64,000 nt of DNA, taken from the human T2T-CHM13v2.0 reference genome, Homo sapiens. Location of the stretch: NCBI RefSeq assembly GCF_009914755.1, contig NC_060928.1, one strand, 5' to 3'. Of the stretch, positions 19,820 through 38,500 are shown one piece after another (positions within the stretch are counted from its first letter, which is position 1; each line of letters begins with the position of its first letter). The notes beneath the pieces were generated by a model. That model saw nothing but the letters and a program-made list of their open reading frames with translations, did not search any database and was not told the origin of the DNA. Position numbers and translations under genes: made by a program.

Positions 19820-20030
19820 TTTTCTTCCTGGCACTTCATCTCCATCTGACAATACAATTTAGTTTTTGTTTGTTTCTTTATTGTCTATCTTCCCCATATC
19901 TCAACCTTTTCTAGACTGTAAGCTCCATGAAAGTGAAGACCTTTTAAAACAAATCTATTTTGTTCATTGTTGTATCCCCAGCTCCTAGAACACTCAAATT
20001 TAGTGAATGAATGAATGCATGAATGAATCG
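19820..20030 (+). mobile_element. L2 3' end
   Basis: CTAGACTGTAAGCTCCATGA..TTGTATCCCCAG..(TGAA)n. Confidence 0.75.
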
Positions 20031-20126
20031 ATAATGATTTAATGCCCATTTAGAGCTCGAGTGAATTGATCATTGATCCTTGTGCCCTCTTAGTTGTTGA
20101 AGAAGGCATCGTTGCACAATGTCTTA

Positions 20127-20549
<423 letters not shown>

Positions 20550-20640
20550 CTAGAGCCATGTCATTTGAGGGGTCTGGCAGCTCTGGGGAGATGTCCAGCA
20601 GACTCATGTGATATTTGTCCAGAGCTTTATCCTCTAGACT

Positions 20641-20850
20641 ACTGTTTCTCAAACTTTAAAAAATTATCATTCCCCTGAGGACCCTTATTGTTTTTCCTGA
20701 ATACCCACCCCCCTTATGAAATTTTAACACCACAGATGATACACCTTCAATCTGCTTATGGACCGTACGCCTATCTGTGCTTTCTATATAAAAAGAGTAA
20801 AAGGTTTTTTGCCCCCTTGGAGAGATGTCACCCTCTTTGAGGGGTTGCAT
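20641..20850. mobile_element. MER96-like hAT MITE
   Basis: ATGAAATTTTAACACCACAGAT..TATCTGTGCTTT..TAAAAAGAGTAA..TTTTGCCCCCTTGG. Confidence 0.65.
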
Positions 20851-20882
20851 ACTCCCAATATTCTTCTTGATGACTTAAAGAG

Positions 20883-21409
20883 TGTGATACCCTACCTTGT
20901 TTTAACCTGAGTGACTCTCTCCTAGCAGAGAGAGAGCCGGACAGACTCCATTTTAGTTTCTTCGCCTGCAGCCCCCTTTCACCTCCCTCCCTTAAGGCAT
21001 AACTAGTGTAAACTGACTCAAAGCACGTCCAGGAATGCACCTACTGATAAGATATTGAGGCAAACTGCACCAGCAGCTCCTGGGGATGCGCGCGGTGGAT
21101 GGCACCCAAAACCCCTGCATTTATCTCTTTGTGATAGTTTAAGCCCCTGCACCTGGAACTGTTTATTTTTTTGTAACTGCATTTGTAACCAATTAATTTT
21201 TTTAACTTTTTGCCAGTTCTGCTTCTGTAAAAATTGCTTCAGCTAAAATCCCCACTCCCCTATTTAGACCACAGTATAGAAACAAAACTAGTCCCTTCCT
21301 CGGGGCTGAGAATTTTGAGCGTTAGCTGCCTCTCGGTCGCCGGCTAATGAAGGACTCTCTAATCTGTCTCAAAGTGTGGTATTTCTCTGTAACTCGCTTG
21401 GTCACAACA
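20883..21409 (+). mobile_element. Solo ERV1 LTR, LTR10 family (HERV-I related)
   Basis: TG...CA ends, exact 4-bp TSD AGAG (20879-20882, 21410-21413), start TGTGATACCCTACCTTGTTTTAACCTGA; family call from recalled consensus. Confidence 0.85.
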
Positions 21410-21513
21410 AGAGGAGGGCAGGAAAGGTATACTGATTTGACCCTCAGATGAAACAACATTGAGAGGGATGGGGGACATAACAGATGATGAAATGCAGATT
21501 CAAAACTCTTTGG

Positions 21514-22200
<687 letters not shown>

Positions 22201-22536
22201 TTAAATGTAAACTCTTGTACCCAAGTTCAAAAATTCAGCTGCATGGGTAGGCTGGGGAAACCAGCCTGATTGCCTGCATTAATTGAACAAAAGTTTTTCT
22301 TTCTTGGGAAGTGGTAGATTCCTCATGTTGCCTGGTGGATGGGCTGCCTATGGAGAAACCTGTTGTGCCCTGGGACTGGCATTTAAAAGGAGATCCTCTA
22401 GAAGTCTGACCATAAGAAAGATCTCTCCAGAAACGGAATGGGGAGACTAGCAGGAGACATAATAGCTGTGTCCAGGTGTCCCAAGTACTGAGGTTTGGAG
22501 CAGGAAGGCGACTTCTTTGGCATAATTCGTGAGGCA

Positions 22537-23283
22537 TGCTATGGGTCAAATTGTGTACCCCAACAAGATGTTGAAGTCCTGGGCTAGGTGCAGTGGCTCA
22601 AGCCTGTAATCCCAGCACTTTGGGAGCCTGAGGCAGGTGGATCACTTGAGGTCAGACCAGCCTACCCAACATGGTGAAGCACCGTCTCTACCAAAAATAC
22701 AAAAAATTAGCCGGGTGTGGTGGCTCATGCCTGTGGTCCCAGCTACTCAGGAGACCGAGGTGGAGGATTGCTTGAGCCCAGAAGTCAGAGGTTGCAGTGA
22801 ATCAAGATCATGCCACTGCACTCCAGCCTGGGTAACAGAATGAAACCCTGTCTCAAGAAAAAAAAAAAAAAGAAAGATATTGAAGTCCTAACTCCCCACT
22901 GCCTGTAAATGTGATCTAATTTGAAATAGGGTCTTGCCGATGATTAAGATGAGGTCACTAAAGGGGGTCCTAATCTAATATGACTAGTGCCCTCATAAAG
23001 GGGGGAAATTCAGATACTGAGACAGATAAGACAGTCAAGATAGAGGGAAGATGCTACGAAGCCACAGGGAAAAGGAATGTCATCTACAAAGAGTGTCTGA
23101 GGTTACCAGAAACTGGGAGAAAGGCCTGGAACAGATTCTCCTTCACAGTCTTCAGAAGGAACCAACCCTGCTAACACCTTGATTTTGAACTTTTTAGCCT
23201 CCAGAACTGAGACGATGCATTTGTGTTGTTTAAGCCACCCAGTTGGTTGTCCTTTGTCATAGCAGTCCTAGCAAACGAATATA
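22537..23283 (+). mobile_element. MaLR solo LTR (MLT1B/C-like) split by an Alu at 22582-22876
   Basis: GAAATAGGGTCTTGC..GATTAAGATGAGGTCA, GAAGGAACCAACCCTGCTAACACCTTGAT, TTGTTTAAGCCACCCAG; Alu TSD AAGAT(G/A)TTGAAGTCCT. Confidence 0.85.
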
Positions 23284-23700
23284 GGATCTAAGCAGTGTCA
23301 AAAGGTGAAGGTTTCAAGGAAGCAGCTTTTAGTTTAATAAAGGCTAGGAGTGGGGTGGGCACAAGAGGATAGGGGAGGAATCCACAGCAGCTGGCTGCTT
23401 ACAGTGTGCTCATGCTTTCATCCTCAGCAAGGGCCCCACAGACGGGGATACTGACACCTCCATTTCACTCATTAGGAAAGGAAGTCTCAGAGAGAAAGCA
23501 GCTTGCTCAAGGTCACACCACTAGTAAATGTCAGAGTCAGCCTTCCAATCGATACTGGTCCCAGTCCAAAGGAATGATTACTCACCCTTCTCAATGAAAT
23601 TGGACAAGGTCCCAGTCATCTCACTATCTTGTGGATTCTGCTTTGCTCCAGCAGGAGCACCCTGACCTGCAGTTGTACTAAGCACTTAAGACTGTGGGGT

Positions 23701-24520
<820 letters not shown>

Positions 24521-25107
24521 ATTATTTCTTTTGAGGGCATCTCACACACTTCAGTTGGCTCCTGACTTGAGCTCAGCTCACAGGACTGTATTTCCCACAT
24601 TTAACAATAATGAAGACAAACTGGAGGCCTGGAGAAAAATGCAAAAAATCTTATTGGAAGGAAAGGGCACTTGAAGAGTCAGGATTCACATAAAAAGAAA
24701 TAGCTCTTGTTTATTTTCTCCCTGGGGAAGATTTTGTCTTGGGCTTTCAGGAGGAACCTATGGTAATTTACAGCCCTAGTTGCTGGTAAATCCTTAAAGG
24801 ACTATTGTCTTTGGTCAGCTGGTTTCCAGAAGATACAAATAAAGAAAACATCCCCAGGATGATAGAGCCCTGTGTGCCTTTTATTTGCGTTGCTTCTTTG
24901 GCTCTGTGGCAGGCAGGCCTGAGTCAGTAGGCAATATTTAATTTGATATAAGCACCCGGAAGGACCTTAACATTTACAGAGAGAATTATTCCAAATGGTC
25001 TTAGCAGGAGGAACACTGAAACAGTGATGACTGAAACTTTTTCTTTTTTTTCCCAGAGGCTCAGGAAGCAGCAGCTGTAATTCTGAAGCTCACCCTTGGC
25101 CATGGTG

Positions 25108-25429
25108 TTTTGTTTGTTTGTTTGTTTGTTTGTTTGTTTGTTTGTTTTGAGTCTCTGGCTTTGTCACCCAGGCTGGAGGGCAGTGGCGCGATCTCGGCTC
25201 ACAGCAACCTTTGCCTCCTGGGTTCAAGTGATTCTCGTGCCTCAGCCTCCGAGTAGCTGGGATTATAGGTGCCTGCCACCACACCCAGCTAATTTTTTGT
25301 ATTTTCAGTAGAGTTTGGGTTTCACCATGTTGGCCAGAGGGCTGGTCTGGAATTCCTGACCTCAAATGATCTGCCCGCCTCGGCCTCCCAAAGCGCTGGG
25401 ATTACAGGGGTGAGCCACCGCGCCCAGCA
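25108..25429 (-). mobile_element. Alu with (TTTG)n tail
   Basis: TSD GGCCATGGTGTTTT. Confidence 0.92.
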
Positions 25430-25662
25430 GGCCATGGTGTTTTCTCTCATTTTCAATGGGCCTGGGAATCTGCTCCCCAACCCTCATATGGCCATCCCTC
25501 TCTCCTCCTCAGCTCCAGCCCAAACAGCCTTCTCTGAGCTCCTTCAACACACAGTGTCCACATTACCCGGCGAACACTCAGCCTTGTGTGATAGTGGAGT
25601 CAGGAAGACCTGGGTTTCACTAAGGATGAGCTACAGAAGCTGTGCCCCAGTTTTGTCATCTA

Positions 25663-25913
<251 letters not shown>

Positions 25914-26257
25914 AGAGAACAGTAAGATCAGATGGTTTTGCCCTATCAACTTGCCCCTCCTCTTTAAGGGAGGATGACTTTGGAAAGGGACCCGGGAGGC
26001 CTATGGTCAGAAGACTGCCCTATGGCCAGAAGACTGCCCTGGAGGTGTGGGGTATGCCAGGAGCCCTTCCTGCCTGCGGGCAGCCTGCTGAGTGCAATGT
26101 GTTTTGGAGACCAATGCAGGTAGTGAAATAAGCACTGGTGGGAAAAGGGAAAGATCCGGGCATCTACTGTGTCATTTTGGGCTACTGGCATACTCAACTA
26201 TAAAATAGGTGAGTTGGACAAGGTCGATTTTTTTTTTTTTTTGCAATAAAACTGTAA

Positions 26258-26648
<391 letters not shown>

Positions 26649-26667
26649 AGAAAAATCTTAAAAACCC

Positions 26668-26950
<283 letters not shown>

Positions 26951-27308
26951 TTAAAAAATCTTAAAAAAATCTTAAAAACTTAATTCCCAGTCATGACAGG
27001 AAGGCAGGTCAAAGAAGCCTTTGTTACATCCCCTCCCTTTTGGAGTGTAGGCACTTAATCAACATTATGTTAAAATAGAGATCATTATGATTAACAAAAC
27101 AGACTATGATGACAAAATACCAAATTATAAACAGGACCTAAGGCCATGCCAGACAAGAGTGAAGTCATACACTCTTACCATGCCTACAGGTCATTCTGAC
27201 ACAGTGTATTAGGCAAGAGACTTCTTTATCTTAACTTAAAACATTCCTTTCTACAGACTCCATATTTTTAGACAAAGCTTCAACCAATCGCACATTAAAG
27301 AATTTCTA

Positions 27309-27835
<527 letters not shown>

Positions 27836-28018
27836 AATTTCTATGTATTGATTTTTTATGACTTTTTCTATAACTTAAACTTCCCTAAAATGTGTAAAAC
27901 AGAATTGTGTCCTAACCGCCTCAGGACCCCTCATTCGAGGCTTCTTGGGTTTGTGTTTTCCCAGGCTTTGGTCACTCCTATTGGCTCAGAACAAACCTCT
28001 TTAAAATATTTTACAGAA

Positions 28019-28330
28019 GGCCGGGCGCGGTGGCTCCTGCCTGTAATCCCAGCACTTTGGGAGGCCGAGGCGGGCGGATCACGAGGTCAGGAGATGGAGA
28101 CCATCCTGGCTAACACAGTGAAACCCCCTCTCTACTAAAAATACAAAAAATTAGCTGGGTGTGGTGGCGGGCACCTGTAGTCCCAGCTACTCGGAGGCTG
28201 AGGCAGGAGAATGGCCTGAACCCGGGAGGCAGAGCTTGCGGTGAGCCGAGATCGCGCCACTGCACTGCAGCCTGGGCGACAGAGCGAGACTCCGTCTAAA
28301 AAACAAACAAACAAACAAACAAACAAACAT
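28019..28330 (+). mobile_element. AluY-like
   Basis: GGATCACGAGGTCAGGAGATGGAGACCATCCTGGCTAACAC; GAGCTTGC; CpG-rich. Confidence 0.92.
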
Positions 28331-28391
28331 ATATATATATATATTTTGGTTTTTCCATTAACAGAGCTCTTTCTTCAAACAAAATCTCTCA

Positions 28392-28965
<574 letters not shown>

Positions 28966-31044
28966 TCAAGGGCTTTAGCAAAGACCCCCCATCTTTGTGC
29001 TTATCTATCTTCCACTAGTACCAGAAATTTTACCACTAGCAGATTATCTTTCTGTGTTGCCTTTCCTTCATCCTGCTGTAAGCACGGTCACTAGGAAAGG
29101 CAATCTTAAGCACTAACACTTCAGGGTGAATTCGTACATTTCATAGCCCTGTTTTGGGCCCCACGATATTCATCCACAGCACCCACTCTGCGCCAGTGCC
29201 CTGCTGGACCTGTGGATACTGTGGTTAATGAAGGTCTCATGTCCCCCATCAAATGACAGTTGAGAAAGGGATCGCCAAGCAGAAACTCTCAGTGATGTGT
29301 CTGTGTCCCCAGGCTTACAGGTATGATTAGAAAGAGGTCAGCTCAGGGACTCCGGAATGGGGAGGATTTCTTGATAATGGATGGCTTCCGGGAAGAAGAG
29401 ACTCTTGAGTCTTAATGTGTCAAATGTGTCAGTAGGAATTAGCCAGATGAAGAAGGAGAGGGAGAAAGTAGTTCCAGGCCGAGGGACCATCTTATGTAAA
29501 GACTGAGAGATCAAGGGCCCTAAAAATCCAGAGTCCTTGAATTGGGTCCAGGGGCAACATTTCTGAATTGAAAGCATAACCTCTTTTTCTGGGGGTGGGA
29601 GAAGGATGAGGATGGAGATGATAAAGGAGACTTTGTTATTATTTTTCTTGGTGAGTTTATCACATTTTTAAAAAAGCAATGCATGCGTGTATATATACGT
29701 TTGTCTCTTCCAAACCCTTTAATAATCCCATGAGCCTTCCCATTTGACAGACAAGGAACACTTAGGACCTGTGAGTAAGCTGGTCAGGGTCTCAGGCAGA
29801 TATATGTAACTCCAGAACCTGTTTGCACTGTAGCATTCTGATTTATTTCTGCTGTCTCATGAGGAAACAGGGAAAATAAGAGCAAGGAGAAAAGAAAGAG
29901 AGGAGAGAAGAAGGGAGGGGAAGGGAGGGGAGGAAAGGGAAGGAGAGGGGAGGAGAGGAGAGAGGAGACAGCGTCCAAAAGAGAAGAGGTTGCATGCAGG
30001 TTTGGAGGAAGGCTAAGGGGATATGGAACTTTTACCCTGCTAGGATCCAACTGGGCTCTGCCCTGTCCTCCCTTGAGCCCTAGCCCCAGCTCCAGGAGTA
30101 GATCCCTGCAATCTTCCCTCAGCACACTGCATAGCCCTGCCACCATCTGCACCCGGAGACTGGCTCTGGTTTGCTTTCCCAGATTTTGTTGGCACTCAAC
30201 AAATACCATTGCTGAGATGGAGCAGTCATGGTGGCATGGGGCTTTGGTGGAGGCCATGGTCATAGCTCCAAGGGCATGATCTTAGATACTGGAGCAGCAC
30301 TTTTTGGCACCATGCTCATTGGACAGTGCACCAGCTAAATGGGTGGGTCTGGAGACCAAGTTCTCTTATCTATTTCACGAGGACCCTCCCTTTTGACAGC
30401 TCCTCTCTGCATGTCAGTCTTCTCACCCATAAAAGCAAGGGCTCTGTGATCCTAAAGCAAATCCAAGGTCTGGCTTACTGATTCCATCAATCATCCCAAA
30501 CTAATTAGGAGGTGATTTCAGAGTGGATTTCATGGTGCCCGGGTCCTGCTGCAGATTTATTTGTGTGCAAGGAGAATCAGATGCTCAGACAGGGTGGGCT
30601 TAGGCTAATTAATTTCCAGGGGCAATGGGGCTACATATTTAGACTTCGATATTTTCCTTGTGGGCATGGGACTCAACTGGTGAGTTCAGCGATAATGCGC
30701 TGTGATGTGTTCTGTTTGAGCTTCCACTTCCCTCATGGAACAGAGGGCCTCCCTTGGCACAGTCAACCAAACTGCACCCAAAACTGCCATTCGGGTCTCT
30801 TCCTTTGGGTCTTTTACAGTCACTTATGTCTACTGCCCCTTTGTTTAACTTCAGATCAGACAAGTCCTGCAATACACCTGCCATGTAGGTAAGGGTAGGA
30901 ATGCAGGTGACTGAGCCCAAGTGTTTGAACCTTCATCTATCTTTCACAGATATAAGTCAGAAGACCCAGAAGTGGGGGCCACACCATGTTATCCACTGCA
31001 AATTAATTAACAACTTAATAGCTTATTTGATTATTTATTGTGGG

Positions 31045-31280
31045 AAGGGTGTAGTGATTAACATAGGCATGGGAGGCAGGTTTCCTGGGTTGAAATCTTG
31101 ATTTTGCCATCTCCCTTGCTGTGTGATCTGGAGTCAGGCCCTTAACCTCAGTTGTCTTAATCTGAAAAATGGAATCATAAAATCCTCTCACATTTTAAGG
31201 AGATTGAGTTAACTCATACAAAGCACTCAGAACAGTTCTCAATAAAACGCATTAGCATTAGCCATCATTATTATCTGCAC
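31045..31280 (+). mobile_element. MIR fragment
   Basis: CCTGGGTTGAAATCTTG..CTTAACCTCAGTTGTCTTAATCTGAAAAATGG. Confidence 0.6.
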
Positions 31281-31519
31281 TGAGGGGGACTATTGGCCAG
31301 TTATAAAGTTTAAGCCAATGCAGGTCCTGTCCTCCAAGCTCATGGTCTAGTCACAGGAAATAGTTACAAAGGACTCTTTCTCCTTCCAGGGTCCCTTGTA
31401 AATCAGCTGCCCCATGAAGATGGAACATGAAATTTTGTGGGGATGCCAGACCTCCCACCTTCCTACAGAGGGAGCTCTTTTCAGGGTAACTGTTTTGAAA
31501 ATTTTTTAAAATTTATTTT

Positions 31520-31645
31520 AGCCTGCTACAGTGGCTCATGCCTGTAATCTCAGCACTTTGGGAGGCCAAGGCAGGAGGATCACTTGAGCTGAGGAGTTGG
31601 GGGACCAGCCTGGACAATATAGCAAGACCCCATGTTTTAAAAAGA
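31520..31645 (+). mobile_element. Alu left monomer (FLAM-like)
   Basis: Single monomer. Confidence 0.8.
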
Positions 31646-31901
31646 TTATTTTAAAAATTGAGGTATCACCCAGAGAAAGTGCATACAGATGTTTATACCC
31701 ATGGAATCACCACCATGATCAAAATGTAGAATAATATTACCATCACTCTGTAAGGTTCCTGCTGCCTCATCCTGGGAAGGATCCCCCAGCACCACCCCAG
31801 GTAATCTCCTTTCTGCCTACTAACCTCCATATGTGAGTTTCATACAAACGTAATCATAGCAGTGGTGTACTGATACATGTCTGACAACCAGCTCTCAAAA
31901 C

Positions 31902-32037
31902 AAAAAGAAGAAGCAGAAGAAGAAGAACAGGAAGAAGGAAAATAAGAAGAAGAAAAGGAGGAAGAAGAAAAAGGAGAAGAAGAAGAAGGAAGAAGAGGAG
32001 GAGGAGGAGGAGGAGGAGGAAGAGGAAGAGGAGGAGC
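31902..32037 (+). repeat. (GAA)n/(GGA)n purine-rich low-complexity tract
   Basis: Direct read. Confidence 0.9.
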
Positions 32038-32042
32038 CCTGA

Positions 32043-32362
<320 letters not shown>

Positions 32363-32793
32363 CTCCTTTGTCAATTTTTCTAGCAATTGCCACTGCTGAT
32401 TTGAAGCAATCAAGGTGTGATTATTGAACATGGTATTGGAAATATATGTACAGTACAACACAATTATATATATTTTTCCACCAAATAGAATAGATGCAGA
32501 TAATCTCAATTGCATAGACAAGAGTAAAAATGTGGTAAAATTATTAGGAAGTGAAGAGGTTTGAGTTTACTACCTTTATATGCAATTTATTTAGTTGTAA
32601 GTTTATAATTTAATTTTAAATAAAGCATGTATTTAATGATTGGATTGCAAAATTCCTAAAAATGTATGTAATAATTTGTTCTCATGAGCTAGTATGAGCT
32701 GTCTTTATCACACTCCTGAATCATGCACACTGTGTATTATTCTCTTGTGTGGGCTTATTTCACTCAACACTCTGTGTGATTCATTCCTGTCAT

Positions 32794-33540
32794 TCTTTTT
32801 TTGAGTCAGAATCTTGCTCGGTTGCCCAGGCTGGAGTGCAGTAGCATAATCGAGGCTCGCTACAGCCTCAACTTCCTGGGCTCAGGTGAACCTCACACCT
32901 CAGCCTCCCAACTAGCAGGGACCGCAGTTGCCTGCCATCATGTTGGGCTAATTTTTATATTTTTTGTAGAGATGGGGTTTCACCATGTTGCCCAGGCTGG
33001 TCTCGAACTCCTGGCCTTAATCAATCCTCTGGCCTCAGCCTCCCAAGGTGCTGAAATTACAGGCATGAGCCACTGCCCGGCCCATTCTTGTCATTCTGTG
33101 TAACAGTCATTTGTTCTTTTGTTGTTCTTGTTGTTGTTGTGTGGTGTTCTATTGTATGGACAGACCACAATATTCATTCTCCTCTTGATGGCCATTGGGC
33201 TGCTTCCTGGTTTTGGCTACTAATTACTTTCAATTTTAAAGCTGCTTATAATCATTCATGTACACATATTTTTGTAGATATATGTGTTTATATCTCTTGA
33301 ATTTATACCTAGAAGTGGATTTGCCAGGTGTTGGACAGGCATTTGTTTTCAGTAGATAATGCCAAATGGTTTTACCAATCACCCACTGGACCCTTGCCAT
33401 CTGCAGTGCTTGACTGTTCCCTGGTTCCACTTCCTTGCTCCTACTTGCGACTGTCAGGCTCTAAAATTTTAGCCATTCTGGTGAATGTGTAGTGATCATC
33501 TCAGAACAATTTTAATTTGCATTTCCCTGAAAAGTTGAGT
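32794..33540 (-). mobile_element. AluJ (32794-33083) inside an old L1M 3' fragment
   Basis: Reverse AluJ; L1M motifs CTTGATGGCCATTGGGCTGCTTCC, TTTTAATTTGCATTTCCCTG. Confidence 0.75.
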
Positions 33541-34100
33541 TGTCATTAGGTTTGGACTCAAGTGATCCGCCCTTCTTGGCCTCTCAAAGTGCTTGGATTA
33601 TAGGCATGAGCCACCACGTCCAGCCCATATTTTCAATCATAAAAACCCTGAATACTAATTAAAGAAAATTTTGGAAACACAAGAAAGTACAGAAAAGAAG
33701 AAAAAAATTCTCCACGATCTCATCTCCCAATGTCAATTATTATTAATAATGTCCACACACATTTTTTCCCACTTTACATTATAATAAACCATTCGTAACT
33801 CTTTAACATCATGTTTTTTAATGGTTGCATTCCATTTTGTGGATATATCAAAATGTGTTTAACAACGAAATAGTGTAATCTGCTTTCCACTTAATATTTT
33901 CCATGGTTTGTGGACATTTAAGATTCATAAATCTTGCACAGATTTTTGTGCCGCAGGAAGGAGATGCCAGAGCTTGCCTACTTATCACTTGTTGAGCACT
34001 GAATCTCTGACCATTGACAGGACTGTCTGGCTCACAGTTGTTTATGGGCAAAGAAGTGATTCTGAAAGTAAACAGGGAAAGAAACAAAAGTCCCTGATTA

Positions 34101-34563
<463 letters not shown>

Positions 34564-35781
34564 CTAATAAGACTTAAAATCTCTAAAACATAAGTTTAAT
34601 TCCTTATTTTTATCATTCACTCAATTATCACTCATTCATTTTATACTATTTACAGCTAGACATATCTGGGCTTTTGACTCAGCTCTGTCACTTACCAGCT
34701 GAGGGACTTTATGCCAGTGACTTGTTTCTCTTGGCCTGTTTTGCCATCTGTAAAATGGGTAATAATGCCTGTCCGGGTTGTTAAGAGATTAAACTTAAGT
34801 GCATGAAGCACCTTTCCCATCTGACCTTTGAATCTCCTCTCTTCTGTTGGTTGAGCAACATGGCAGGCTTGACTGAATTATCCACACAGTGGCCTGTAAT
34901 TTGGCTTTGTTGATGAGTGGATGAAGACACAGAGAATGCAACTGGTGGAAAACAGAGTGGCTTACGAGCTCAGAACTGGAGCCAGAAGAAGAACACGGGC
35001 CTTTGTTCCTTCCAGTGGTCTAACATGTCTCGTTAGGTCTTCTGCCCAGTGGAGTTCAGAAAGCCATGCAAGCACATCTCACTCTTCACCATGTTTTTGT
35101 GTGGGAGTGGTCAAACATCATTTCAATTTCAGAGCTGCACTTAGAAAAATGACCATTAAGACTCTTACCTTTTTCCCCTGTAACTTCAGCAATGCTTCTT
35201 AAAGAGTTTTCATTTTTGTCTAGTCGCTACTTTCTCATTCCTCCCAGTGCTTTCCTCTGGGTCTAAGAATGAAGGAAGAAGCCCTTTTGAGGTCTCCAGC
35301 ACTAACCATGTCACCTCAGTGAATTCCATGGGCCATTAGGCAGCCAGTCAGCAGCATGTATGTCCTTGCTATCAGCAGGACATGGAATATGGGGGAGGAG
35401 AAGTCATTTCTCTCCTGCTGATTCAACATTCATTAACGTGTTAGCAACAGAGGGGGCATTGTTAACTGCAGCTCCCATCTGAACTACAGACTTCCTAGAA
35501 AGATTAATGCTCTCTTCAATATGAAACAACAACAACAACAAAATGGTTACAACCAGTCCTTTCAGAAAAGCAGGCAAAGATGTGCTGTTTTACTCCTCCC
35601 AGACCCCTTGCTTCTCCTATTTCGACCACATTTGAAAAAGGATTTCTCTGTTTCAACCATGAATAATACTCTATTGTCCAGCACATTGCAGCGACTTAAT
35701 TTCCTTTGTGCATGGACCTTTTTGACAACCAGTAGGCACTGGAGAAACTAATACCATCCAGGGTCCATCATCTTCTTCCTC

Positions 35782-36078
35782 TTTTTTTCCTTTTTCGAGA
35801 TGAAGTTTTGCTCTTTCACCCAGGCTGGAGTGAAGTGGTGCAATCTCAGCTCACTGCAAACTCTGTCACCCCCACCCGCCCCGGTTCAGCGATTCTCCTG
35901 CCTCAGCCTCCTGGGATTACAGGTGCCCACCACCGTGCCTAGCTAATTTTCATATTTTTAGTAGAGACAGGGTTTCTCCATGTTGGTCAGGCTGGTCTCC
36001 AACTCCTGACCTCAGGTGATCCGCCCACCTCGGCCTCCTATAGTGCTGGGATTACAAGCATGAGCCACTGTGCCAGGA
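35782..36078 (-). mobile_element. Alu
   Basis: TSD TCCATCATCTTCTT. Confidence 0.9.
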
Positions 36079-37059
36079 CTCCATCATCTTCTTTACAGTG
36101 AAGTCCAAATGGTCTCAACTTCCTCACTTCTTTACTTACCTCTTAATCCCCTGCCATTTAGGGTTGGCCCTTGACACTGCCCTGAGCCTGTTCCTGCCAA
36201 GATCACAATGTCAATAAACGCTGTGGTCACTCTTCTGCCCTCCTCTTCCCTGACCTCCCTATGGTGTTACCCAACCTTCAGCCACTTTCTGCCTCTTGAA
36301 AAGTTCCATTCCTCAGCTTCCTGGTCTGCAAATATTCCTCTTTCCTCTTGCATTTTTGGCACTTCCTTATCACTCTTCCTGGGCTCTTCTTTTCTCTGCC
36401 AACTCTTCAGCTCAGATGTTGCCGAACATTTTCTTTTTTTCTTTTTGCAGTGGAACCTTTTTTTTTTTTTAAACAAATGAGATTTTATGTATATTCGAAC
36501 CCAATATAAAACACAGAAAACCACAGTTGCTATGGTTGAAATCATGGGTGGCACTTTCCCTCCTCTTATCTCCTCTCCCAGAATCCCCAAGAGCTCCTCT
36601 CCAGAATCCTGGGCCTCTGAGAAGCCACAGCCTATGTGATGAGGTTCTATGTGGGTCTTTACGCCTCACTCCACTCATGCATCCTGGATGGCCCCAACCC
36701 TCCTGGCGTAACAATGACTATCCTTTTCTCCAAATGTGCTGTGTGTGGAGGGGCAATAAACAAATGCTCTTTTCTTTCTTCAATGCTTCTTTCAAGCATT
36801 TGAAAAATGAGAGGAGGCAGATGGAGAGCGAAAAATGTCAGCTTTATTGCTGACAAAGCTGCGTAGAGAATGTCTTTACATAATTAGCCTAATGGGTTTG
36901 CTATCTTTCCTAGAGTTAACTCTCCCATCAGTCCTGGGCAGAACTGGAATTCCCAGGCATTTATACAGAAGAGATGAGGTTCTCCCAAACTCACCAATCA
37001 AAAGTCACTCCTTCTCCCATGGGGAAGAGTGGGCACAGAGACCAGGAACACTAACCTCA

Positions 37060-38500
<1,441 letters not shown>

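Noticed and set aside
20990-21075. p53 response element in the LTR10
   Set aside because: No pair of RRRCWWGYYY half-sites; AGGCATAACT and AGGCAAACTG break the CWWG core.
25040-25080. Strong-looking acceptor TTTTTTTCCCAG
   Set aside because: No convincing donor nearby; isolated acceptors are frequent by chance.
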